Shown: positions 42,207 through 57,656 of the stretch, piece by piece
How positions within the stretch are numbered: the first letter of the stretch is position 1
Layout: the number at the start of each line of letters is the position of its first letter
NCBI RefSeq assembly: GCF_009914755.1
Contig: NC_060930.1
From: the human T2T-CHM13v2.0 reference genome, Homo sapiens
Strand: one strand, 5' to 3'
Length of the DNA stretch: 64,000 nt
Made by a program: the position numbers and the translations under genes
Notes under the pieces: generated by a model
What the model was told of the DNA's origin: nothing
Seen by the model: only the letters and a program-made list of their open reading frames with translations
The model's database searches: none

Positions 42207-44804
42207 AATTAATCCGATATATTTTTTCTTTTTTTGGTTTAATAATTTTTAATTTTTTAGTGGGAATAATTATATATAATGTATATATAAGATACATATA
42301 TTTATGATATACATATAGATTTACAAAGTTCAACAAAAACAAATTTTCAAAATCTTCAAGGAAAATATTTTTTCTTCCCATTGTTATTCTTTATTTCATA
42401 TCATAATTACTGAAAATAATTTTGTTGTATAGAAGAGGGTATTGTTTAAAAGTTATATGTTCCAGGTATAAAATATTGCAGGCTTGTCCCTGCTCTCATA
42501 TGTACAGACATTATGAAAAAGAAAAAGTCAATCATTTTAAGCTTATATTGCTAGTTACTGTGTTATACTATGGTTAATAACACTGTATATTTGCTTATCT
42601 TCTTTGACTTTTCCATATAGTTACTCATGATTTCTCTGTCTTAATTTGACCCACATAATGCAGTAAACCTACTAATTCTGAACAACAAGAAAAAAGAAAA
42701 CTAACAGACAAATATAGGTTACTTATTAATTTGATTTTTAATTGGTGAGAACTTAGAATTACAGCTTTAAAAATATATTGCATAGAGCTAGAGTGGTAAA
42801 TCTTCTTCTCTTGATGTCTTACTTCCATGAAGGGAGCGATATTAGTGAAATGATCCTGGCCCCACCTCTCCATTTTCAGGCACTCTTCCCCTGGAAGATG
42901 GAGTTGTAGGGAGGAGGGATGGAAAGCAAGGCACAAGCTAATTGTTGAATTTGAAGTATAAACTGGGCATGTAGAGCTCACCCCTCATTCCTCTACTCTG
43001 CTGCCTGGATCTGGTGCCCTAGTGCAGCCTTCTCTTTATTATGATAAATCTACCTATTTCTAACCAGTGCTGCCATGATTGAGAGCTAAATTGGCATAAT
43101 TCTGGTGTTTACAATTAAGGAAACCCATTTGTTTTTGGAATTACTTCCCACTCCTCAATATGAGCTTAATGATGGTAATGCATTGGTACAATGTGCTTTA
43201 CTCTATAGTCTTATTTTCAAATGGATTCAGAATTTGAGTGGAGATGGAAATGCAATTTTACTGAGCCTCCTCAGAGACCCAATTGTGAACACTATCAATT
43301 TTCTAGGATATATTTTAAATAACATCCTTTCAACATATAATTTTATATTTTGAGGGTATTGTGCTAATGCTAATAACAATGTAAAAATGTAAAGAGTGAT
43401 TAGAAAATTTTGATTGATAATTAATTTAAATACAAATTGAAAAATATGTAAAAAATTTACTCTGAAAAGTGAGTTCTTAGACAATTTCACTGCAGATTGT
43501 TCTTTAACTGCTCACTGTCATTTTTACTATAAATATTTAATTAGGAGAAAATAAGGATAATAGTATCTTTATGTTAGTTCTACTGTTATAACTTAAGAGC
43601 AGTAAGTTATAGAGAAAATTTATTATTAAAATCTGCTTTGTAAATACTGTACTATTTGCCTTACATTTGAAGCATGTAATTTCATATATTATCTGAATTT
43701 ATTAAATTCATAAAATTTAAAAGAAAAAACAAGGACAATTGTATATTAGTTATATACCTCTGATATCTTAGTATGTTCTTTCTTCTCTTTTTTATTATAC
43801 TTTCAGTTCTGGGATACAAGTGCAGAAAGTGCAGGTTTGTTACATAGTTATACATGTTCCATGGTGGTCTGCTGAGCCTATCATCAACCCCTCATCCAGG
43901 TTTTAAGCCCTGCATGCATTAGGTATTTGTCCTAATGCTGTCCCTCCCATTGTGCCCCAACCCCCAACAGGCCCTGGTGTGTGATGTTCCCCTCCCAGTG
44001 TTCCTGTGTTTTTATTGTTCAACTACCACTTATGAGTGAGAACATGCAGTGTTTGTTTTTCTGTTCCTTTGTTAGTTTGCTGAGAATGATGGTTTCCAGC
44101 TTCATCTATGTCCCTGCAAAGGACATGAACTCATTCTTTTTTATGGCTGCATAGTATTCCATGGTGTATATGTGCCACATATGCTTTATCCAGTCTAACA
44201 TTGATGGGCATTTGGGTTGGTTCCAAGTCTTTGCTATTGTGAATAGTGCTGCAATAAATATACATGTACGTATGTCTTTATAGTAGAATGATTTATAATC
44301 ATTTGGGTATATACCCAGTAATGGGATTGCTGGGTCAAATGGTATTTCTAGTTCTAGATCCTTGAGGAATTGCCACACTGTCTTCCACAATGGTTGAACT
44401 AATTTACATTCCCACCAACAGTGTAAAAGTATTCCTATTTCTCACATCCTCTCCAGCAAGTGTTGTTTCCTGGCTTTTTGATGATCACCATTCTAACTGG
44501 CATGAGATGGTATCACATTGTGGTTTTGATTTGCATTTCTCTAATGACCCGTGATGATGAGCTTTTTTTCATATCTTCCTTGGCTGCATAAATGTCTTCT
44601 TTTGAGAGTGTCTGTTCATATCCTTTGCTCACTTTTTGATGGGGTTGTTTGTTTTTTTCTTGTAAATTTGTTTAAGTTCCTTGTAGATTCTGGATAGGAA
44701 GAATTAATATAGTGAAAATGGCCATACTGCCAAAAGTAATTTAGAGATTTAATGCTATTCACATCAAGCTACCATTGACTTTCTTCACAGAGCTAGAAAA
44801 AACT

Positions 44805-48662
<3,858 letters not shown>

Positions 48663-49410
48663 TAGCCTAGACAATCCTAAGCAAAAAGAACAAAGCTGGA
48701 GGAATCATGCTACCTGATTTAAAACTGTCCTTACAGTAACCAAAACAGCGTGGTACTGGTACCAAGACAGATATACAGACCAAAGGAACAGAACAGAGGC
48801 CTCAAAAATAACACCACATATCTACCACCATCTGATCTTTGACAAACCTGACAAAAACAAACAATGGGAAAAGGATTCCCCATTTAATGTTTCTGGGAAA
48901 ACTGGCTAGCCATATGCAAACATCTAGAACTGGACCGCTTCCTTACATCTTATTCAAAAATTAACTCAAAATGGATTAAAAACTTAAACATAAAACCTAA
49001 AACCATAAAAACCCTAGAAGAAAACCTAGGCAATAGCATTCAGAACATAGGCATGGGCAAAGAAAGACTTCATGACTGAAACACCAGAAGCAATGGCAAC
49101 CAAAGCCAAAATTGACAAATGGGATTTAATATGTTCTATATATTTCACATAATTTATTTCCAGCCATTTAATGTAATATGGCTAAAATGTTGTCAAGTCA
49201 TTATATAATCAAAATAGAAGGTATATATTTATGAATTTTGCTTGAAAATAATATATATCAAGCTAATTTTAGACACAGTCCATTTTATTTTAAGGTCCCA
49301 GAAAATAATAGTAAGATATTTTAAAAATAATTTTTCAAAGTGCCCACTGTAATTTATATGTATTTTTTATTAATAGCAATAATGCTGTTTTTAAATCAGA
49401 GTATATTAAT

Positions 49411-49449
49411 ATAGATAGATAGATAGATGGATGGATGGATAGATAGATA
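49411..49449. repeat. Short (GATA)/(GATG) microsatellite
   Basis: Read directly from the sequence. Confidence 0.85.
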
Positions 49450-50209
49450 TTTTTCTTTTAAACATGAATAAGAAAACTCTTTTTTGGAACTTCTCCTCAT
49501 AGGAAAAGTGGCTTAGATACACAATAGGCAAGATACACAATAGGCAAGATAGGTAGAGATAAATTCAAGTCAAGAATTTTGCTAAAATTGAATGAAACCC
49601 CCAAATTGAAACTATACAAGGGTGTCAGGTAAACTGCATTCAAGCGAATTGTATTCAAGTAATATTTATAAAATCATTCTACTGTGATGGCATTGGGATT
49701 ATAAAGAAATAAAATACTTCACAGATGAGTAAACAGGTTTAGAGAAAGTGGGATTTACTTTACTACTAAAGTAGAATCTACTTTAAAGCAGATTCATTGT
49801 TAGTCAACAACTTCCATGTATATACTTCATCCCTTCTCTCAGTCTAAAACAACTTTTTTTCTGTAATCTTTTTTAATGTTGGTATTCCTTTGAAACTTAA
49901 AAAAGGCAGTTTCCAAAAAAACTCAATGTTACTCCATCGGCAATAAATAATTATAGAACTTGTAGTACGTACTGCATTACAATATGCTTAAGATATTTTT
50001 ATGATACCTACAGTGAGTTACTAAAAGAGAGATAAGTTTTTTCCAGGTATATTCCAAATATTGAGAAAAATTCATGTTGGAACATGTAATATAAAATGTT
50101 CTCCTGGTGTCAACATCAGAGGTAAATCAACCCTCCTACATCCCAGAGTAGCATTTCTTAGGGTTTAATTAGGCAGGTAAAGAGTTGTGACAGTTACAGA
50201 GTTTTGGCT

Positions 50210-50530
50210 ATTCCTTATTTGGGATTCTGGTTCAAGTTCATCCCATGTGCTTTCCCTTGATGACACCTCTTTACATTCACCCCAATAAAGCCTAATTGAC
50301 TTTTACTCCTTAATGTTCCCACATTCCTCTTTTTATATGTTTTTAATCACACGAATGATCCTATCATAACCTAGAATTTTAATTATCTGTGACTATGCTT
50401 GTCTCTCCTGCTTGCTAAATTTATGGAATGTAGTGATCATGACATACTCATTTTTATATTGTCCATATTGTTTAGTAATTGTACTCAGCTAATAATTAGA
50501 GTGGATTTTAGTCTTAATACTTCTGAATAT
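50210..50530 (+). mobile_element. L2 3' end fragment
   Basis: ttatctgtgactatgcttgtctctcctg...ggaatgtagtgatcatgacatactcatttttatatt. Confidence 0.5.
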
Positions 50531-51102
50531 GTCAACTGGAAAAGGCAAAAAAGACACAACTCAGATTTGCACGCTTTTGTGACTTGCCAGGACTTTTCAC
50601 AAAGTAGAAGCAGGCAAAAATAGAAATATAATAGAAAAAATAGCAGAAGGTAGAAATAAAAATAATAGAGTTAGCACAGCAGAAATAGGATAAAATGATA
50701 TGTACTGTAGCTGACAACAAAACTCTACTTAAGACAAGATATGTATGTGTATCTGTTTTAAATGCCAGCAGAGATAACAGCTTTGGCTTTCTAAGAAATA
50801 CTGAAGAGTGGGGATGGGATGAATCACCCAGCAGGGCAAGTAAAGTGACTCTATTTACATGCTATTCATGTGTTTCTCTGAAAAGGGTCCTTGGTGATAT
50901 TTAGTCTGCTTGTTGCTAGAAACAGAAGACTCCCTTATGTCTTTAATATATGTATTACATTTAGACCCAAATTCATGAGTAGATGGTAGCACTGAGGTTT
51001 ATCTGAATATTGGTGATTTTCAGCATTTTTTTTCTTGTCATATACTTCTTATTTTGTCTCCTTTTAAACTTTCTACCTTTCTTCTTCCACACTAGTTTCC
51101 TT

Positions 51103-51135
<33 letters not shown>

Positions 51136-51160
51136 CTGCGTGTGTGTGTGTCTCTGTCTC
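51103..51160. repeat. (TC)n(TG)n compound microsatellite
   Basis: Read directly from the sequence. Confidence 0.9.
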
Positions 51161-51591
51161 AGCTCTGTTTCCTTCCTTCTCTGTTTCTCAACTCTTAACA
51201 CCTTTGTAGATATGTAAGAATACTGAGTTTGTGGATGCGCTTACAAAATTTAAAATGCTGGAACTTGACAGTTTTTGATAGCAGTTTATTCCTTCAATGC
51301 TCGCTCTGCAGATGAAGGTGCTACCTGAATGGTCCTCTAAATCTATGCTTGCTGCTATTTTATGTCTCTGCATCGTCCCGCTCTTGGTATCAGGTCTAGG
51401 TTTTAGAATAAAACTATGGTTGTGATTCAGAAACACCTGGAGGTTTGCTGGTGGGAATGCATTGGTGAGGTCCTTCTGGAAAGAAATTTGTCAATGCTTA
51501 ACAAAACTGTAAATGCACTTATCTTTTGATGAAGCAATACCACTTCTAGGAATGTATGCCAAAGTTACATCTCCAACAATATAAAAATTCC

Positions 51592-51730
51592 ATAGCATTA
51601 GGAGATATACCTAATGTTAAATGACGAGTTGATGGGTGCAGCACACCAACATGGCACATGTATACATATGTAACTAACCTGCACGTTGTGCACATGTACC
51701 CTAAAGCTTAAAGTATAATAGAATAAGAAA
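51592..51730 (+). mobile_element. Severely 5'-truncated L1PA4-type 3' end
   Basis: atagcattaggagatatacctaatgttaaatgacgag...aaagtataat; degenerate TSD aaaaattccat / agaaattcat. Confidence 0.9.
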
Positions 51731-52608
51731 AGAAATTCATGAATAATGGGTCATTCATTGCAGCGTTGTTTATAATTTCAAGAGAATAGTTGAATAAACT
51801 GTAAAACATATATGATAAATGTATTTTAGATTGGTTCCCAGGATATACTAAGTGAAAAAAGGAAAGTTCAAAAGTGTACCTGAAATATGCTATTTTTCAA
51901 GTAAGAAAGTACAGGATGTAAGAAAATACACATCTCTTCATTTTTGTAAAATAAATATTTAGGAGGGCTGAGTGGGAAAGGAGTGAAAATGAATGGGGAA
52001 TGGAACCAAGTTAGTATGAGAATGAGGAAGGAATGATGCTACTTACAGTTTAACAGTTTGTGTTGTTTTGACTCCGAAAAATGTAAATAATGTTCATTTT
52101 TTCCCACTCCCCAAATAAGTAATAAAAATCAACCTGAAGGAGGAGAAAGCCCCACATTGAATACAAGCAGTAATAAGTGAACCTTACTATATTACAAATG
52201 AATAACCTAATCACACCGAAGGGGATAGGAAAGCAAAGAACTCACCTAAGTAACTTTGATAAATAAAAACTTAACTGGATATTGTGAGACTGAAGACAAA
52301 AATAACTGTATAGAAGTACTATACTCTAGTAAATTTATTTTTCACATGCGTATGGTTAACTGAAACTATTTTGTATATGCTAGGTTTGAACAAGAAAGAG
52401 AATATATTTAAGATAATATTGTTGAGTTTTTTTCACTGTCAGAGAAAGAAGTTTTAACAAAGAGAGATGGAAGGCTAGGAAGAAATTTATAGTGGATTGG
52501 AATTGGAGATATTAGTATGAATTTATAGGTAATACCTACGTGCATATATAAATGTACATACACAAATAGATACAGAAATAACTACAAATTTGTGTCTTGT
52601 AGGGTTAG

Positions 52609-52935
52609 TATATATACATATATACATATATACACATATATATACATATATACATATATACACACATATATACATATATACATAGCTATACATATATACA
52701 TATCTATACATATATACATATATACATAAATATACACATATATACACATATATACACTTATATATATACATATATACATATATACACATATACATATATA
52801 CATATATACACATATACATATATACATATATATACATATATACATATATACATATATACATATATACATATATATACATATATACATATATATACACACA
52901 TATATATACATATATATATATACACACATATATAT
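52609..52935. repeat. Approximately 330-bp (CATATA/CATATATA)n complex microsatellite inside L1MC3
   Basis: Read directly; source of spurious ORFs 52523-53002 and 52582-52995. Confidence 0.95.
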
Positions 52936-54079
52936 CCTTGCTCTGTCTGCTAAGACAGCCAAAGAGCAATAATATTTTAGTGGCAATGAGTACATCTAGC
53001 ACCCATATTTTGGTTTCTGTATCCCATGGTGTAATTAAGAAAACAAGAGCTCCAAAAGCTCTTTGCAGAAGTTGTTGATCCCAAGGCTTGAGCAGGGAAA
53101 ATGTAAGGTGGACCTGGACTATTTCATGATAACAGAAAATAATAAAGTGGTTAGAAAATAGGATAACATTAAAAAGACACAGAATTCATAATGGCCAAAG
53201 GTAGAAATGTGAGCAACAAAATAATGGTAGAATTGTATTATAATCCACAATCCACAGAATAAAATAAATAACCATGAGTTCATATTGATAAATGAATAAA
53301 TAAATAAATAAATGATTGGTGGTGAAAGGACTACTTGCATAAGAATTTCAATTAATAAAATTAAAAGGAATAAAGGATTCATGAAATCATTAGGCAATAT
53401 TGTTACAGGTAGGATCAGATTAATGCTAAAAATCAGTCTGTAAAAGTTTGGGGAGAACAGAATAATAACATCATCCCAATAATCTCCCCCAGATATTTAT
53501 CAATAAAAAGGTAACTTTACGGTGAGAGGTAAGTCCTTAACCAAGTGACTAATGTTAACATCATCAGTAATAAGTATGATACACAGAGAACACCATATTT
53601 CTATGGCATTCTTGCTAAAAATATACAACCTTACCCTAATTTATGAAAACATTGGATGAATCTAAGTTTAAGTACATTTTTCAAAACAACTAACCAGTAC
53701 TTAAAAGTATTAAGGTCATGAAAAACAAGGCAAGACTGAGAAACTCACAGACTGGAGGAGACAAGAAGACACAACTAAATGCAATGTAAGATCCTGGATT
53801 GGAGCAGAAACAAAAAGACATTAGGGGAAAAAACTGGTAAAATCATATAAGATCTGTGGTTTAGTTATTAACATTTTACCAATCTTCGACATCCTGGTTT
53901 GATAATTCTGTTATTTGTAAACATGATACAATACATAATATTACACAATACGTTGACATTTGAGGAAACTGGATTAATGTATACATAAACTTTCTCTACT
54001 ACTTTGTAGCATCCTGTATGTCTAAGATTATCCTGAAGTAAAAAGTTAAAAAAGCAACGATAAAGGCTAGAATTTGAAA

Positions 54080-54445
54080 AAAAAAAATGAAGATTATTTG
54101 TATCAATATAAGCATAATTCAAAATAAACTATTGAGTGAACAAAATAATTTGCAGGAAAATAGTTTAAATCAATAAATAATACCACATATTGTATATTGG
54201 GACATATCTATGCAGTAAAAAGGGAACTGACTGATAAATATATACTTCAGAAGAGTTGTTACTTACGGAAAGCAAGAAAGGAGAATAGGAGATGAAAGAA
54301 ATCCAGAAGATACTGTATCTGTAATGTTTTATTTTCTTAAAAAAAGTAAGGTGAGCATGGCAAATGTTAGGATTTCATGAATCTGGATGGTAGGTTCACA
54401 TGTGTTAGGTCCTATAAGCTTAAATTATTCTGAATAAAAATATTA
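54080..54445 (+). mobile_element. L1ME-type 3' end fragment
   Basis: attgagtgaacaaaataatttgcag...ctgtatctgtaatgttttattttcttaa...ggcaaatgttaggattt. Confidence 0.6.
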
Positions 54446-54720
54446 AGAGAAAATGTAATGTATTAAGTAGGTTCCTTTAAATAAATAGTGAAAAATCTTG
54501 GCTGGGATCTGTACATTGATGGAAAGCATTTTGAAAGTTCTAACTCATACTTGCTGGTGTTTTGCAATAAAAACCAGCTTTAAGCTAATAACATTGACCT
54601 GATTTTTACTTTTTCCTTTGGATTTTATACTAAAAAACACTATTTTATGATTTTAAGTATTTATATCTACATATAATCTACACACAAACATAAAATGCCT
54701 TGACTTTATAGCCAATTACC

Positions 54721-55075
54721 TAGAGTAGAAATCACACGCTATTATCCTATGGGTTGAATTTGGGCCATACAGTGTTTTGTTTGGCTTACATTGTGTTTTT
54801 AATAAAATTAAGCCAACATTTAAACATTGACATGTTTTACTTAGAGAACCAGACTTCTGGATTCTTGTGAACAGAAAAACAAGAGGCTGACAGCACTGGC
54901 TCTTTCCTAAATGGGCTGTAGTACATGGTGATAGCCCCATTTGGACAGTCTTGAGTGCTCCATTCCCTAGAGCCCCCACTATTCATACCAAGCATGTATC
55001 TGCACCTATATTTGTCACTTCATGTCTTGATTTTTTACCTGCTTGACTTTGGGACCTAGAAGTTTGAGATGTCTG
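54721..55075 (-). mobile_element. MER102 (hAT-Charlie)
   Basis: gtgttttgtttggc...gccaacatttaaa...ttacctgcttgac...agtttg matches the MER102 reverse complement. Confidence 0.7.
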
Positions 55076-55118
55076 AGTTCTAATATAAAATACCAGCTTT
55101 TCTTTTTTTGGAGAAATT

Positions 55119-55120
<2 letters not shown>

Positions 55121-55154
<34 letters not shown>
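55121..55154. repeat. (GT)17 microsatellite
   Basis: Read directly from the sequence. Confidence 0.97.
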
Positions 55155-55155
<1 letters not shown>

Positions 55156-55766
55156 AGTGTGTTAAAGCATAAGTTAAAAATATGTAAGCTGTATCTTTCT
55201 TCCTAATTTGATTTTCTCAAATACTGTATGTAAATAGGTAGATTGGAGTAAGTAACCTGAACATAGGATTGGCCTTAGAAAGACTTACTATTGCAAAGCC
55301 AATTACACTAACAATCCCTAAAGCTATCTAAACAAGATCAGCTGAACTTCCCTCTAATTAATGCAAAAATATAGTATTGTTTAATTTATCAAACTTTGAA
55401 TCACATTTTTCTCTAGTTCTTTTTTTATTTTCCTACTTCCTTTTGTTTTATTAACACATTAGAGATAGTATCATACACAGATAACTTGAACTCTGTAATG
55501 GAAACTGTGGTCTGTTGCCTGTTAATTAAATATCACACAAATTTAATAAGCAAATCCTGCCAAAAAGAACATGTTCTCTATAACTTAAGATTAAATTCTC
55601 ACTTTACTGCTGATTGATCATTGTTTTTAGTACTGGCAAACGTGTATTATGCTCATAAAATTTTGTTCATTATCATGCAAAACTTCAAGGGTTCTTGTTC
55701 TTGGCAACCTCCCTCCCCCCAAATAGCTTCAGTTCTGGATTTATTCTTTTTTAAAAAAAAATTTTT

Positions 55767-55901
55767 CTGCACCCATTAACTCGTCATTTTTAATGGGTTC
55801 AGCACACCAGCATGGCACATGTATACATATGTAACTAACTGGCACACTGTGCACATGTACCCTAAAACTTAAAGTATAATAATAATAAAATAAAATAAAA
55901 T
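55767..55901 (+). mobile_element. Miniature L1PA3-type insertion with a 23-nt 5' inversion
   Basis: TSD aaaaaaaaatttttct (55753-55768) / aaaaagaaatttttct (55902-55917); 55767-55789 is antisense L1 3'UTR, 55790 onward is sense with a (TAAAA)n tail. Confidence 0.9.
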
Positions 55902-57091
55902 AAAAAGAAATTTTTCTTTCTCTTCTCTCCTCTTTTTTTTTTAAATTATCATTAGGAACACTGTATCTGTGGCCTCACGGACATAACATTGAGACACTGA
56001 GTAGCAGTTATAAGAACTAATGTCTTAATATGCCAGTAACCTCTCATGAACCATTGGTTAGATCAGTAACTTTTGGAAACGTTCCTGGGCTGGTTTCCTG
56101 AATTTAACCTATAAACCCAGGGTGAGCAGATAGAAAGACATTACAAGGAACAGGCAAGGTCTCAGGCACTCTTCCTCTATTTCTGATTTTGAGAAATGTC
56201 TGTGTATCTTCAACCTAGTCTAAGCCTCATCTACTAGTTTTCTGACTTCTGGTATAAATACCACTGCTCCTCTGATTTTCTGATCTTGCTCCTTGATTTA
56301 TGCAAGGCTTCTAATCTCTAATCTTCATCTAGATTTCATGTTTTAGTCACTAATCTATTCTTTATTCCTGACTTATACTCCTTGATGACTTGACATTTTT
56401 AGTATATACACCAGATATTCCAAATGAATTTTCTGTTTTGATGCTCATAAAGGAAGGTATTTTTATGTATAATGTAATCCCATGAGTGTGTCCAGATTTC
56501 AGAAATAGTTCCCTTAATTTCTCAAATCTTGTGGGTATTGAAACAACTAGTACCACTGCCTCTTTTTCTGGCACTGCCTATAAGCACATTAGGAGAACAT
56601 TAATGTAATTATTGGGTGAAAGGTTATATAGGGATCAACTTGAATTTTCACTGATTTATTTTAAAATAAAGAAACTTTGCTATTTTAACTTGTATTTATA
56701 TTACCTCTATTGTAAACTGACTACAATGGGCTAGCTTATTTAGACTCAGTGGGTGTGACTGAAAGACAAGTATTATAACAGGGTCCCATATCCTCAGTAT
56801 AAACTGATTGAGGCAAAATATGTTTGATTTTTTTTTTCCATGTAAGGAATTTATGTTCTTTAAAGGGAAAGAAAAAAAGAAATAATGAACTAATTATTCA
56901 TTCACTCATCTGTGTATCAATCAGATGAGAGCAAACTTGTCCAAAGTAATTAGAGGTGGGCAGGTTCTATATAATCACCTAAAGAAAGAGGTCTCTTTCC
57001 ATCATTTGTATGTTTTTAAACACTGACTGGATGAGACTAAACTAACCAGAAAATCAGGAAAAAAAGTGCAAAGCATTTTAGACAGGAACAT

Positions 57092-57154
57092 TGCATTAGC
57101 CAGACTTCTCCAGAGAAACAAAACTAATAGGTGCTCTCGCTCTCTCTCTCTCCG

Positions 57155-57205
<51 letters not shown>

Positions 57206-57656
57206 GGATAGATACATAAGAAAATATTTATTATGGGAATTGACTTACAAAGTTATGGAGACTGAGAAGTCTCATAATATGCCTTTTTTATGCTGGAGAA
57301 CCAGAAGAGCCAGTGGTGTAATTCAGTCTGAGTCCAAAGCCCGAGAGCCAGGAGAGCCACTGGTGTAATTCTGTATGAGTCCAAAGGCTTAAGAACTGGG
57401 GCTGCTTATGTAAGCCCAGAGTGTGAAGACCCAAGAACAAGGAGCTCCAGCATCTGAGGGCAGAAGAATATTGATGTGGGTTCTCAAAGGACTAGAAGAG
57501 TCCACCAACATTGGTAAGGGCGGATCTTCTTTGCTCAATCTACTGATTCAAAATGTTGATCTCTAACACCCTCACAGACACACTCACAAATAATGTTTTA
57601 CCATCTATCTGAGTTTTCTTTAGCCCAGTCAAGTTGACACATAATATTAACTATCA
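57092..57656 (-). mobile_element. MLT2B-type LTR (3' LTR of an ERVL), with internal (TA)n at about 57165-57206
   Basis: ttctccagagaaacaaaactaatagg...gagtccaaaggc...caagttgacacataatattaactatca. Confidence 0.9.

Larger units (their letters stand above)
51445..54053 (+). mobile_element. L1MC3-like 3' region (ORF2 end plus long 3'UTR)
   Basis: gctggtgggaatgc...agcaataccacttctaggaat; 3'UTR blocks caaatgaataacctaatcacaccgaagggg and gcaatgagtacatctagcaccca; ends aaaaagttaaaaaa. Confidence 0.8.

Noticed and set aside
52523-53002. Y/I/V/M/C-rich ORFs
   Set aside because: Translations of a microsatellite.
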